The notes under the pieces were generated by a model. It had not been told where the DNA came from, made no database searches, and saw nothing but the letters and a program-made list of their open reading frames with translations. From an uncultured Planctomycetales bacterium (GTDB lineage: Bacteria; Omnitrophota; Gorgyraeia; Gygaellales; Profunditerraquicolaceae), in assembly GCA_964545575.1 (NCBI GenBank), contig CAZJFL010000003.1, positions 55,000-118,999 of the forward strand: DNA of 64,000 bases. The letters are read 5' to 3'. This document shows positions 26,937 to 35,075 of this stretch, piece after piece; the stretch's first letter is position 1; the number at the start of each line of letters is the position of its first letter. Position numbers and translations under genes: made by a program.

Positions 26937-28192
26937 TTTCCCGCCTCCAGCTTTGCTCTTTTAATGGATTGAACCAGCTTTCTATTTGCCGGACAGACAT
27001 AGTCGCACAAACCGCATTCAATACAATCCAGGGCGCCGTAATTTTTTGCCTGCGGCCAAAGCCATTTTTCAGAGGCTAGATTAATCAGGCAAGGCATCAG
27101 CCCCACCGGGCATTCCCGCACACAGGCTCCGCAGCGAATGCAGAATTCTTCCTCTTTTTCTTGGGCTTCTTTTTTGTTTAATAAAATCACGCCCCCGGTG
27201 GATTTTATCGCCGGGACTTCATCGGTATACTGGGCGATACCCATCATCGGGCCGCCGATAATAATTTTTACCGGCTCTTCTTTTAAGGGGCCGCAAAAGG
27301 CGATTAAATCTTTGACCGGGGTACCCAAACGCACCAATAAATTTCTGGGGTTGGCGATACAACTTCCGGTTACGGTAACTACGCGTTCATATAAGGGCTT
27401 ATTCTTATAAACTGCTTCGTAAATGGCAAAAACCGTAGCCACGTTTTGCACCACTGCCCCGACATCAAAAGGTAATTTTCCCGAAGGAACTTCCCTCTTG
27501 AGGATTTTCTTAATCAGCTGCTTTTCCCCTCCCTGCGGATAAGCACTTTTTAGGACCTTTACCCTGAACCCTGAACCCTGAACCCTGAATTTTTCTATCG
27601 CCTGCGGTTTATTATCCTCTATGACAATATAAATAAACTTTGCCTTTAAACATTTTGCGACAAGTTCGATGCCGGAAAAAATTTCTTCTGTCTTCTCAAG
27701 CATCAACCGGTAATCGCTGGTCAGATACGGCTCGCATTCTGCGCCGTTGATGATTAAACTATCTACCGGCTTCGGAGGGTTAAGTTTAACCTGGGTGGGA
27801 AAACAGGCACCACCCATGCCGACTATACCTGCCTCGCGGATGATCTTGCGGATTTGCTCAGGGCTCTGGGCGGGAAGCTCGGCGCCAGGAGCTAAGAGTT
27901 TATCCTCTCCGTCATTTTCAATCACTATCGCCTTACATCTGCCTAAAACCGGATGCGGCCAATCCTGGATAGCCGTAACTTTTCCGGATAGCGAAGCATG
28001 GATAGGCGCAGAAATATTGGCTTCGACACTAGCGATCTGCTGGCCAAGAGACACTATATCCCCGACATTTACCAGCGGTAAACAGGCCTTACCCATATGC
28101 TGCACCAAGGGTAAATAAACCTTAGGCGGTAAAGGAAATTTTTCAATAGGCTTATCTAAACTTAGGTGTTTCTGCTCTTCTAGTCTAACCAT
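26933..28192 (-). CDS. rnfC: Rnf complex subunit C
   Basis: 419 aa. NADH-binding region and two C-terminal 4Fe-4S motifs (CIRCGACVRECP, CIECGLCDYVCP). Contains an in-frame heptamer repeat at 27561-27588. Confidence 0.85.
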   Translation of the reverse strand: MVRLEEQKHLSLDKPIEKFPLPPKVYLPLVQHMGKACLPLVNVGDIVSLGQQIASVEANISAPIHASLSGKVTAIQDWPHPVLGRCKAIVIENDGEDKLLAPGAELPAQSPEQIRKIIREAGIVGMGGACFPTQVKLNPPKPVDSLIINGAECEPYLTSDYRLMLEKTEEIFSGIELVAKCLKAKFIYIVIEDNKPQAIEKFRVQGSGFRVKVLKSAYPQGGEKQLIKKILKREVPSGKLPFDVGAVVQNVATVFAIYEAVYKNKPLYERVVTVTGSCIANPRNLLVRLGTPVKDLIAFCGPLKEEPVKIIIGGPMMGIAQYTDEVPAIKSTGGVILLNKKEAQEKEEEFCIRCGACVRECPVGLMPCLINLASEKWLWPQAKNYGALDCIECGLCDYVCPANRKLVQSIKRAKLEAGK

Positions 28193-29439
28193 GGGATCCT
28201 GCGGTGATAGATGAGATTTAGAAAACCTAAAATGCTGAATACGCCTCCGACGATAACCAGGATTAAAACGTGGGATATTCTTTCCGCCAGGATGCTGCTT
28301 AAGAACATAAATAATAAAAATCCCAGATGCATCACAATTTCCAGGGAACTGAAAATCTTTCCCATCATGTGGGTCTCGCTGACATTATGGATGATGGTAT
28401 TGGAAGCGATCATAATCGGCGAAACCAAGAACCCCAGCAGAAAAGAAAGGAGTGCCGCGATTAAAAAATAAGGATGATTCTGTAGGACCAGGGCAAAAAC
28501 AACCAGCATTATGCCGCTGGAAACCAGGGAAGCAAATATTATTTTATAACGGGACAGACGCTGGCCGAGGAGGCCGTAAATAAGCGAGCCCAAGAATAAG
28601 CCGATACCTAAAAACATAATCAACAGCCCTAAATCTTTAGTAGCGGAATGCAGGGTCTTCTGCACAAAGACAATCAAAACTACGTAAACCGCTCCCAATG
28701 CCGACCATAAAGCAAAAATGATAGCCGCAGTGAAGCGGATGTCTTTTTTGGTAATAAAATAAAGGATCCCTTCTTTTACTTCCTGTAATACGGATTTCCT
28801 GATCACCTCGACTATCTCCCGGCCGACCTTTTTAATATTCAAGGATGAGAGGGCCGCTCCTTTCTTGACAATAAGAAAAATGAAGGTCCCTGAGACCAGA
28901 AAGCTTAAGGCATCCAGATAAAAACCGCTTTTTGCCCCCAGCCACTCCACTATCACGCCGCTTACGCCGAAACCCAGTATCGCTGCAATCATACCGGTAG
29001 TATTCACCAAAGAATTGGCCATCAGCAGGTCTTTCTCTTTGACCAAGTCCGGGATTATGGATAATTTGGCGGGAATAAAAAACCTGCCCAGGGAGAAGGT
29101 AACGAATATGATCATGTATATGGGAATTAAGCTCTTGGCATAAAATAAAAAGAAGGGTATGGTAAAGACCAAGGCCGCTCTTAAGAAATCGCAGACATAC
29201 ATGGTGCGGCGCCTGTCCCACCTGTCTACGTATACCCCGGCAATCGGGCCGATCAAAAATACCGGGATAATGGTAAAAGAGAGGATTTTGGCAATCTCCC
29301 ACGCTGAACCCGGAGCCCTCAAATATACGAAGGCAATTAAGGCCATCTGGTCGAGCCGGTCTCCTAATTGGGAGATAATCTGGCCAGTCCACAGAAAAAA
29401 GAAATTGCGATTTTTTAAAACTTCGTTGAACTTAGACAT
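28180..29439 (-). CDS. MFS transporter
   Basis: 419 aa, 12 predicted TM helices, with an MFS signature region (GPIAGVYVDRWDRRR). Confidence 0.75.
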   Translation of the reverse strand: MSKFNEVLKNRNFFFLWTGQIISQLGDRLDQMALIAFVYLRAPGSAWEIAKILSFTIIPVFLIGPIAGVYVDRWDRRRTMYVCDFLRAALVFTIPFFLFYAKSLIPIYMIIFVTFSLGRFFIPAKLSIIPDLVKEKDLLMANSLVNTTGMIAAILGFGVSGVIVEWLGAKSGFYLDALSFLVSGTFIFLIVKKGAALSSLNIKKVGREIVEVIRKSVLQEVKEGILYFITKKDIRFTAAIIFALWSALGAVYVVLIVFVQKTLHSATKDLGLLIMFLGIGLFLGSLIYGLLGQRLSRYKIIFASLVSSGIMLVVFALVLQNHPYFLIAALLSFLLGFLVSPIMIASNTIIHNVSETHMMGKIFSSLEIVMHLGFLLFMFLSSILAERISHVLILVIVGGVFSILGFLNLIYHRRIPWLD

Positions 29440-29475
29440 AGTATATTATACCGTGCAGTGCACGGCTTAAATTTA

Positions 29476-29548
29476 AGCCGACGGGGGGAGTCGAACCCTC
29501 GACCTAGTGTTTACGAAACACTTGCTCTACCAACTGAGCTACGTCGGC
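29476..29548 (-). tRNA. tRNA-Thr(CGU): tRNA-Thr (anticodon CGU)
   Basis: Minus-strand sequence GCCGACGUAGCUCAGUUGGUAGAGCAAGUGUUUCGUAAACACUAGGUCGAGGGUUCGACUCCCCCCGUCGGCU folds as a cloverleaf. 7-bp acceptor, D-arm GCUC/GAGC, anticodon stem AGUGU/ACACU with loop UUCGUAA (CGU), T-loop UUCGACU. There is one A-C mismatch in the T-stem. CCA is not encoded. Confidence 0.8.
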
Positions 29549-29560
29549 ACAAGTTATACT

Positions 29561-29588
29561 ATTATATCAATTTTTTGGGAATAGTCAA
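29561..29588 (-). promoter_or_regulatory. Near-consensus sigma70-type promoter (TTGACT-N16-TATAAT) driving tRNA-Thr
   Basis: Minus strand reads TTGACTattcccaaaaaattgaTATAAT, ending 12 nt before the tRNA 5' end. Confidence 0.5.
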
Positions 29589-29601
29589 CCTGAGGGGGAG
29601 G

Positions 29602-30507
29602 TTAGAATTTATGCTGGACTAAATAGCGGGAAGCTGAGAGTGCCGCCTTTGCCCCTTCTCCGGCAGCGATGATAATCTGTTTTTCGACAACGTCAGTCAC
29701 ATCTCCGGCGGCAAAGATACCAGGGATACTGGTTTCGTTACGGGAATTAACTTTTATCTCCGAATAATTATTTTTTTCTATAATTTTGGCAAATCCGGAA
29801 TTAGGAATAAGCCCGACTTCCACAAATACGCCCTGTACTGCAAGAACCTCATCTTTGCCTTCTTTCTTTATCTTAATCCCGCTTACGAATTTGTCCCCTA
29901 AGATAGCGGTAATTTCAGTATTATGCATCGCCGTGGCAATTTTGCTGTTATTTATACTCTCCTGCATTACGGCATCGCCGCTAAATTCAGAAGTTATGTT
30001 AATGATGTAAACTTTACGGGCTATCCGCATCAACTGTATCGCCGCATCTAAAGCAGAATTGCCCCCTCCGATCACCGCTACGTCTTTGCCGGCAAATAGC
30101 GGGCCGTCGCAGGTGGCGCAATAAGTCACCCCCCGGTTTTTAAACTCTTTTTCTCCCGGCACGTTCAATTCTCTTGAGCTTTTGCCGGAAGCAATGATCG
30201 CGGCTTTCACTTCATAGGCGCCTTTATCGGTCTTAACCGTGATTTTATTATCTACCTTTTGTATATCGGTTACGGATTCCCCTTCTTGAAGCTGAATATC
30301 GAACTTACGCAGATGCTCTTCGAACTTAGCTGCCAGGTCCGGGCCGGTAATGAACTGGTATCCGGTATAATTCTCGATATCCCCGCTCCAGGCTGCCTGG
30401 CCGCCGATATCCTTGGTGATTACTAAGACGTTCAGTTTTTTACGCGCGGCGTAGACGCTGGCGGTTATCCCCGCCGGCCCTGCCCCGATGATAATTAGGT
30501 CATACAT
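29602..30507 (-). CDS. trxB: Thioredoxin reductase
   Basis: 301 aa. FAD motif GAGPAGITASVYAAR, redox-active CATCDG, NADPH motif. Confidence 0.9.
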   Translation of the reverse strand: MYDLIIIGAGPAGITASVYAARKKLNVLVITKDIGGQAAWSGDIENYTGYQFITGPDLAAKFEEHLRKFDIQLQEGESVTDIQKVDNKITVKTDKGAYEVKAAIIASGKSSRELNVPGEKEFKNRGVTYCATCDGPLFAGKDVAVIGGGNSALDAAIQLMRIARKVYIINITSEFSGDAVMQESINNSKIATAMHNTEITAILGDKFVSGIKIKKEGKDEVLAVQGVFVEVGLIPNSGFAKIIEKNNYSEIKVNSRNETSIPGIFAAGDVTDVVEKQIIIAAGEGAKAALSASRYLVQHKF

Positions 30508-30510
30508 ATT

Positions 30511-30747
30511 TTAAATTCCCAACGTTTGTTTTATTCTGTCTTTGTCAAACCCGACGATGATTTCACCCTCAATATCTATGACTGGCACGCCCATCTGGCC
30601 GGATTTTTCCACCATCTCATCTGCTTTAACCTTATCAGAAGAGACGTCGTAATTGGTGAATTGTATGTTATTTTCTTTTAAGAATTGCTTTGCCCGGATA
30701 CAATAAGGGCAGGTCGGGGTACTGTAAACTAATACGTTCTTAGCCAT
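30511..30747 (-). CDS. Glutaredoxin-like protein (CPYC active site)
   Basis: 78 aa. TPTCPYCIRAK thioredoxin-fold motif. Confidence 0.7.
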   Translation of the reverse strand: MAKNVLVYSTPTCPYCIRAKQFLKENNIQFTNYDVSSDKVKADEMVEKSGQMGVPVIDIEGEIIVGFDKDRIKQTLGI

Positions 30748-31219
30748 CTTGTTTCTCCTCTTTTAAGTGTTGCGGGGTGAGATCAACCACTTCTTCCACC
30801 TGCATCATGATCAGATATTGCGGCAGGGGAAGTAACGACTCCGGATGCCGTGGATGGCCCTTCTCTCCCCGTAAGTTTCTTAAGACTCTCTGCGTCAGAC
30901 GGCTGGCTATCCTCTGCTCCCATGCGCTTTTAATCTCCGGGCTTAAGTTTCTGACTAGCAATACTCTTGCTTTACCCTTTAGGCAGTAACCTTTGAATCT
31001 ATGTTCGTCAACCGCGGTCAGGCTAATATTCTTATTGCGCTTAAGATTACTGAAGGTCTCACGCAGATAAAGGTCAAGCAGGTATACCCTACCGTTTTCA
31101 TTTATTTTTATCAGGTCTTTGCAGGCGCTATGCGGACGGCCGCGGTTATCGAGGGTTGAAACAATCACAAACCCCTGGTCCTGGAAAAACCTGACTACAT
31201 TGTCGGATAATCTCGGCAT
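30740..31219 (-). CDS. Pyridoxamine 5'-phosphate oxidase-like FMN-binding split-barrel protein
   Basis: 159 aa. N-terminal pattern FFQDQGFVIVSTLDNRGRPHSA fits the PNPOx-like family. Confidence 0.5.
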   Translation of the reverse strand: MPRLSDNVVRFFQDQGFVIVSTLDNRGRPHSACKDLIKINENGRVYLLDLYLRETFSNLKRNKNISLTAVDEHRFKGYCLKGKARVLLVRNLSPEIKSAWEQRIASRLTQRVLRNLRGEKGHPRHPESLLPLPQYLIMMQVEEVVDLTPQHLKEEKQDG

Positions 31220-31659
31220 TAAAGTTCTTGCTCAGCAATCCAGCGGCCGTGGATATTGCAATTTTCCAAAGCCAGCAGTTTTCCGGAAGCGGCTTTTAAA
31301 TGTATTCCTAAAATCGGATTCAGTTTATCCGCAGTCATATGGTAACGCGCAATAAAAGCAGAATCAAGGTAAACATCAATATACATAATATAGTGCTTCT
31401 CTTCCATGACGTGCAGGATTTCTCCTACCTTGATATGCACATCAGTACATCCCGGGCCGGCTAAACCGCAGGTCTTGTTGATTTTTATCGCCGGGATATG
31501 CTTCTTTTCCAATTCAGTTAGATTTTGGGGGTCAGCGGGTTTCTTGATTGCGCTGTTATCGAGTTGGAAGGCTTCTTTTTTTGCGCCACACACCGGACAG
31601 GCATCCGGAGCCTGGCCAAAAGCCACGTACCCGCATTTTCCGCAGACAAAAGTATCCAT
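31219..31659 (-). CDS. Superoxide reductase / desulfoferrodoxin-like (N-terminal Cys4 zinc-ribbon/desulforedoxin-like domain plus SOR domain)
   Basis: 146 aa. N-terminal CGKCGY...CPVCGA; C-terminal KHIPAI...ENCNIHGRW matches the SOR Fe(His)4Cys site motif (CNxHGxW). SD AAGGAGGAG precedes the ATG. Confidence 0.7.
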   Translation of the reverse strand: MDTFVCGKCGYVAFGQAPDACPVCGAKKEAFQLDNSAIKKPADPQNLTELEKKHIPAIKINKTCGLAGPGCTDVHIKVGEILHVMEEKHYIMYIDVYLDSAFIARYHMTADKLNPILGIHLKAASGKLLALENCNIHGRWIAEQEL

Positions 31660-31660
31660 T

Positions 31661-31760
31661 TTCTCCTCCTTTTAATGAGCAGACAACTTATGGAACACGA
31701 AGTGCGACATAAGTTGTAGCATCGCTATTAAATTTCTATTGCGTCTGCGAATTAATATCC
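31661..31760 (-). promoter_or_regulatory. Conserved structured 5'-leader element, copy A (before the superoxide reductase operon)
   Basis: Shares the blocks cctcctNttaatgagcRgacaaYttatgga / gacataaRttgtagc / ctatt.aa.t / gcgtcYgcgaatt with copy B. Two stems show compensatory changes. Confidence 0.55.
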
Positions 31761-31833
31761 CGCCCGCTCATACTTTGCTTGCGGGATAAAACAACAGATA
31801 ACTGTCGTGCTGCGCACTCCATAAGTTATGGCC

Positions 31834-31995
31834 TCACTTAATCTCCTCGAACATATCTTTACCTACGCCGCATTCCGGACAGACCCAGGAATCGGGAAGA
31901 TTTTCAAAAGCTGTTCCGGGCGCAATCCCCTGCGTAGAATCCCCGACTGCCGGATCATAAATATACCCGCAGACCGTGCAACGGTATTTTGCCAT
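31834..31995 (-). CDS. rub: Rubredoxin
   Basis: Not in the ORF track (53 aa). Hand-translated: [53 protein letters not shown], with the two CxxCG knuckles. Confidence 0.85.
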   Translation of the reverse strand: MAKYRCTVCGYIYDPAVGDSTQGIAPGTAFENLPDSWVCPECGVGKDMFEEIK

Positions 31996-32004
31996 TACCC
32001 CCCC

Positions 32005-33192
32005 CTATTTAATTTGCCGGGCAAAGTTTTTCCCGAATTCGTAACAGCGCTGCATTTCATTTTTATCCGGGACATATTGAACGCCTAAACCCGGCTGGGT
32101 AACTTCTATTCCCGTGTCTTTGAGAATATTTTCTATATTCTTAACTGCGCCCCCTGCCCAGCCAAAGGAACCAAAGACAGAGGCAATCCTGTTTTTAGGC
32201 TTTAAGCCTTTTAAAAATTCCAGGAACCCCGCAATAGAAGTAAGCATATCATTATCGTGGGTAGAGGAACCGATGATGTAGCCCTGAGCATCCAGCATCT
32301 CCTTAATCACCTCGGTGCGGTCAGAGGCAGCGATGTCGAAAAGTTTTAGGCTTATGCCGGAGCTGATCACTCCTTCGGCGATGGCCCGAGCCATCTTCTC
32401 GGTTGCGCCCCACATAGTTTCATATACCACTACCACTTTAGGCTTAGTCTGATTGTTCCCCCAGGAAAGATAGGCATTGATAATCTTGCCGGGGTCTTTA
32501 CGCCAGATAATCCCGTGGCTGGGCGCGATCATCTTAATAGGAATGCCCATTTTCTTTACTTCTTCGATCTTCTTTACTACTAAAGCGCTTAGCGGCCAGA
32601 GGATATTGCCGTAATATTTTGCCGCCTCCTCCATCAGCGCGCAATGATCAATTTCATCATCGAACCTTTCGGAGGTCGCGTAATGCTGGCCAAAGGCATC
32701 GTTAGGCAAGAGAATCGCGTCTTCCAAAACGTAAGTAAACATGCTATCCGGCCAGTGCAACATCGGCGCCTCTAAAAAAGTAAGCGTCCTTTTGCCTAAT
32801 TTTAGCTGATCGCCGGTTTTAAGGGTCTGGAAATCCCAGTTTTCGTAATAATGCTTATAAAGGCCTTCTTTACATTTTGCCGTGCCTAAAACTTTGGCTT
32901 TGGGGCATAATTTCATCAGCTCTGGCATCGCTCCGGAGTGGTCAGTCTCTACGTGATTGGCAATCACATAGTCGATTTTTTCCGGAGGAATAATTTCCCT
33001 GATTCTTTCGATGAGCTCTTCTGAAAAAGGCCCGTAAACCGTATCCACCAAGGCAACCTTTTCATCCAGGATTAAATAAGCGTTGTAGGTGGTGCCTCTT
33101 TTAGTAGTGTAGGTGTGGCCGTGAAAATTCCGCACGTTCCAGTCTACCGCCCCCACCCAGAATATATTTTCTGCAATCTCTGTCTTTGCCAT
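32005..33192 (-). CDS. Flavodiiron protein (A-type flavoprotein; rubredoxin:oxygen/NO oxidoreductase)
   Basis: 395 aa. N-terminal metallo-beta-lactamase-like diiron domain (HVETDHSGA) and C-terminal flavodoxin domain. Confidence 0.85.
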   Translation of the reverse strand: MAKTEIAENIFWVGAVDWNVRNFHGHTYTTKRGTTYNAYLILDEKVALVDTVYGPFSEELIERIREIIPPEKIDYVIANHVETDHSGAMPELMKLCPKAKVLGTAKCKEGLYKHYYENWDFQTLKTGDQLKLGKRTLTFLEAPMLHWPDSMFTYVLEDAILLPNDAFGQHYATSERFDDEIDHCALMEEAAKYYGNILWPLSALVVKKIEEVKKMGIPIKMIAPSHGIIWRKDPGKIINAYLSWGNNQTKPKVVVVYETMWGATEKMARAIAEGVISSGISLKLFDIAASDRTEVIKEMLDAQGYIIGSSTHDNDMLTSIAGFLEFLKGLKPKNRIASVFGSFGWAGGAVKNIENILKDTGIEVTQPGLGVQYVPDKNEMQRCYEFGKNFARQIK

Positions 33193-33207
33193 ATTTTATT
33201 GCCCCTT

Positions 33208-33966
33208 TTAATAACCGATAAAATTTTCTATTCTTAAATTTTCCTTCTTTGCCCCTGCCTCTAAACTAACAGCCTGCATTGCCTCGACCATTTTAGGGGG
33301 CCCGAAAATAAATAAAATGCGGTTTTCTAGATCGGGGATCTCTGCCCTGATAAAATCCTTGTCTATCCTGCCGAATATACAGGACTTATCCTTAGGCTGG
33401 TAATCTGTAACTAAGTAGCTTATTTTAAAGTTTTTATTCAATGAACGCCAGTAATCTAATTCTTTTTTAAAGGCGATTTCTTCTTCCGTGCGGTTAGAAT
33501 AAATCAGGCAGAGATCCGTCTCTATTTTTTTATCCGCTATATACTCGATTATGGAAATGACCGGAGTAATCCCTATCCCGCCGATAAGAAAAGCTATTTT
33601 TCCATATTCTTCTTTAAAGACGCAAGCCCCTAGCGGCGCGTTTATTACGATTTCATCCAGAGGCTTTAAGTCTTTTAGCGCTTGCGAAAACTTGCTTTCG
33701 CTTAATCTTTTAGTCACCTCGACATAGTCATGAGCGGGAGAACAGGAAAAAGAAAGGTATTTATTCAGCTCTTTATTGCCGGGGTTATCCGGATCAAAGA
33801 CCAGCTGCAGGAACTGCCCGGGGATAAAGCTTATTTTTTTCTTCGGCAGAAAGCGGAAACTTTCTACACTTGGCGTTCTCCTGATGCGCTGGCTAAATTT
33901 TACCTTTAATAATCCCATTCTTCTCGTTAAGTAATCAGCGATTCGTTGAAGCACCGGAACTGCCAC
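33208..33966 (-). CDS. FNR-like FAD/NAD(P)-binding oxidoreductase (probable reductase partner of the rubredoxin/FDP system)
   Basis: 252 aa. FAD-binding (RxYS-type, SFSCSP) and NAD-binding (LIGGIGITP) motifs. No Fe-S domain. Confidence 0.6.
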   Translation of the reverse strand: MAVPVLQRIADYLTRRMGLLKVKFSQRIRRTPSVESFRFLPKKKISFIPGQFLQLVFDPDNPGNKELNKYLSFSCSPAHDYVEVTKRLSESKFSQALKDLKPLDEIVINAPLGACVFKEEYGKIAFLIGGIGITPVISIIEYIADKKIETDLCLIYSNRTEEEIAFKKELDYWRSLNKNFKISYLVTDYQPKDKSCIFGRIDKDFIRAEIPDLENRILFIFGPPKMVEAMQAVSLEAGAKKENLRIENFIGY

Positions 33967-34336
33967 ACTTCATCATGCCCTTGTTGCCTTCAGGCATCAT
34001 CCCCTGGTTTTTGGCCGCGGCTTGGCCTTGCATCCGCATCATACCTTGCCCCTGCCGCTGCATCATGCCCGGCCCCATCATCCCCGGCCTATGAGACCCC
34101 ATTATCTTGTGCATCATCGGATACATCATCGCTGGCCTTCCGGTAGAAAGCGTATAAGCCCCTGCCGAAAAAACCAATGCTGCCGCCAGCCAAAGCAGCG
34201 CTGCCACCACATAACCAAAGGCTTTTAACCCTTGCGTTTCAATTTTACGCATGGCAAACAAAACAAAGAAACTGATCGTCAATAACACTGCTGCCGGAAT
34301 AACCGCAAACAACCCCGCTATCCTTAAGCCTTCCAT
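33935..34336 (-). CDS. Membrane protein with Met-rich (MxxM/MMxxM) C-terminal tail, possibly Cu(I)-binding
   Basis: The probable start is MEGLRIAG at 34336, preceded by AAGAGGAGGTG. Two TM helices, then PAMMYPMMHKIMGSHRPGMMGPGMMQRQGQGMMRMQG... Confidence 0.45.
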   Translation of the reverse strand: MEGLRIAGLFAVIPAAVLLTISFFVLFAMRKIETQGLKAFGYVVAALLWLAAALVFSAGAYTLSTGRPAMMYPMMHKIMGSHRPGMMGPGMMQRQGQGMMRMQGQAAAKNQGMMPEGNKGMMKCGSSGASTNR

Positions 34337-34440
34337 CTGCCACCTCCTCTTAATGAGCGGACAATTTATGGAGCTCTCAAAGAACGACATAAATTGTAGC
34401 TCAGAGCTATTTAATTATTGAAGCGTCCGCGAATTTACAC
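34337..34440 (-). promoter_or_regulatory. Conserved structured 5'-leader element, copy B (before the Met-rich protein/FNR-like/FDP/rubredoxin operon)
   Basis: See copy A. It lies immediately before the SD GAGGAGG of the MEGLRIAG start. Confidence 0.55.
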
Positions 34441-34625
34441 TCCCTTGCCGCCTTACACCAGTCAACACAACTGGGTAACCTCTCCCTGCAGGCCAAACTC
34501 TTGCATCTCGGGCACCTTGCCTTTATTTCATCGGAAAAAATCTCTATCTCGTATCCGCAGTCCGGACACTCTAGCAGCTCTGCTTTTAGTTTCCGATCAT
34601 CCTGCCCGGGGCATTTATTGATCAT
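34407..34625 (-). CDS. Small zinc-ribbon (Cys-rich) protein
   Basis: 72 aa with CPDCGY...CPRCKS...C..C. Confidence 0.35.
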   Translation of the reverse strand: MINKCPGQDDRKLKAELLECPDCGYEIEIFSDEIKARCPRCKSLACRERLPSCVDWCKAARECKFADASIIK

Positions 34626-34626
34626 T

Positions 34627-35031
34627 TTAATTTTTCCTTAATAAAGAAGCTAAGTTTATAGATTTTAACTGTGAAAACACATATTTTTCTATGGAACCTA
34701 TTTTTCTTCTTAAGGCGCAGGTATGCACATTGGAACAGGGTACTTTCTTAAAAACACACTCATTCAGGCTAAGCGGCCCCTGGAAAATCTCTATTAAATC
34801 TACCAGGAATATTTTACGGGCCTCTTTGGCTAACCGGAAACCTCCGCCCTGGCCTTTGTGAGATTGCAGGATCCCTTTTTTATTTAAGACCTGCAGGATC
34901 TTGCGCAAAAAAGGCCGCGGCATCTTTAAATCTTCAACTAGTTCAGAAACCGGGACTGTTTTTTTCTTGTGCCTAGCGATAAAACATAACGCCCTTAAGG
35001 CGTAATCTGTGTCTCTGGTGATTAATTTCAT
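34627..35031 (-). CDS. Rrf2-family (IscR/NsrR-like) transcriptional regulator
   Basis: 134 aa. wHTH (DYALRALCFIARH...VPVSELVEDLKMPRPFLRKILQVL) plus three clustered Cys (CVFKKVPCSNVHTC) that could ligate an Fe-S cluster. Confidence 0.8.
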   Translation of the reverse strand: MKLITRDTDYALRALCFIARHKKKTVPVSELVEDLKMPRPFLRKILQVLNKKGILQSHKGQGGGFRLAKEARKIFLVDLIEIFQGPLSLNECVFKKVPCSNVHTCALRRKIGSIEKYVFSQLKSINLASLLRKN

Positions 35032-35039
35032 TACCCAAA

Positions 35040-35075
35040 TGATACCATATTTGTATCATTTGTCAAGGAAAATTT
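35040..35075 (-). promoter_or_regulatory. Promoter (TTGACA-N17-TATCAT) with embedded palindromic operator TGATACaaatatGGTATCA directly before the Rrf2 start; likely leaderless, autoregulated
   Basis: Minus strand reads TTGACAaatgatacaaatatggTATCATttgggtaATG. The perfect 7-bp inverted repeat lies between -35 and -10. Confidence 0.45.

Noticed and set aside
28832-29392. 186-aa minus-strand ORF nested in the MFS transporter gene
   Set aside because: Same strand, different frame, no domain signal; a frame shadow.
31828-32088. 86-aa plus-strand ORF
   Set aside because: Antisense to the clearly recognisable rubredoxin gene (31834..31995) and the 3' end of the flavodiiron gene.
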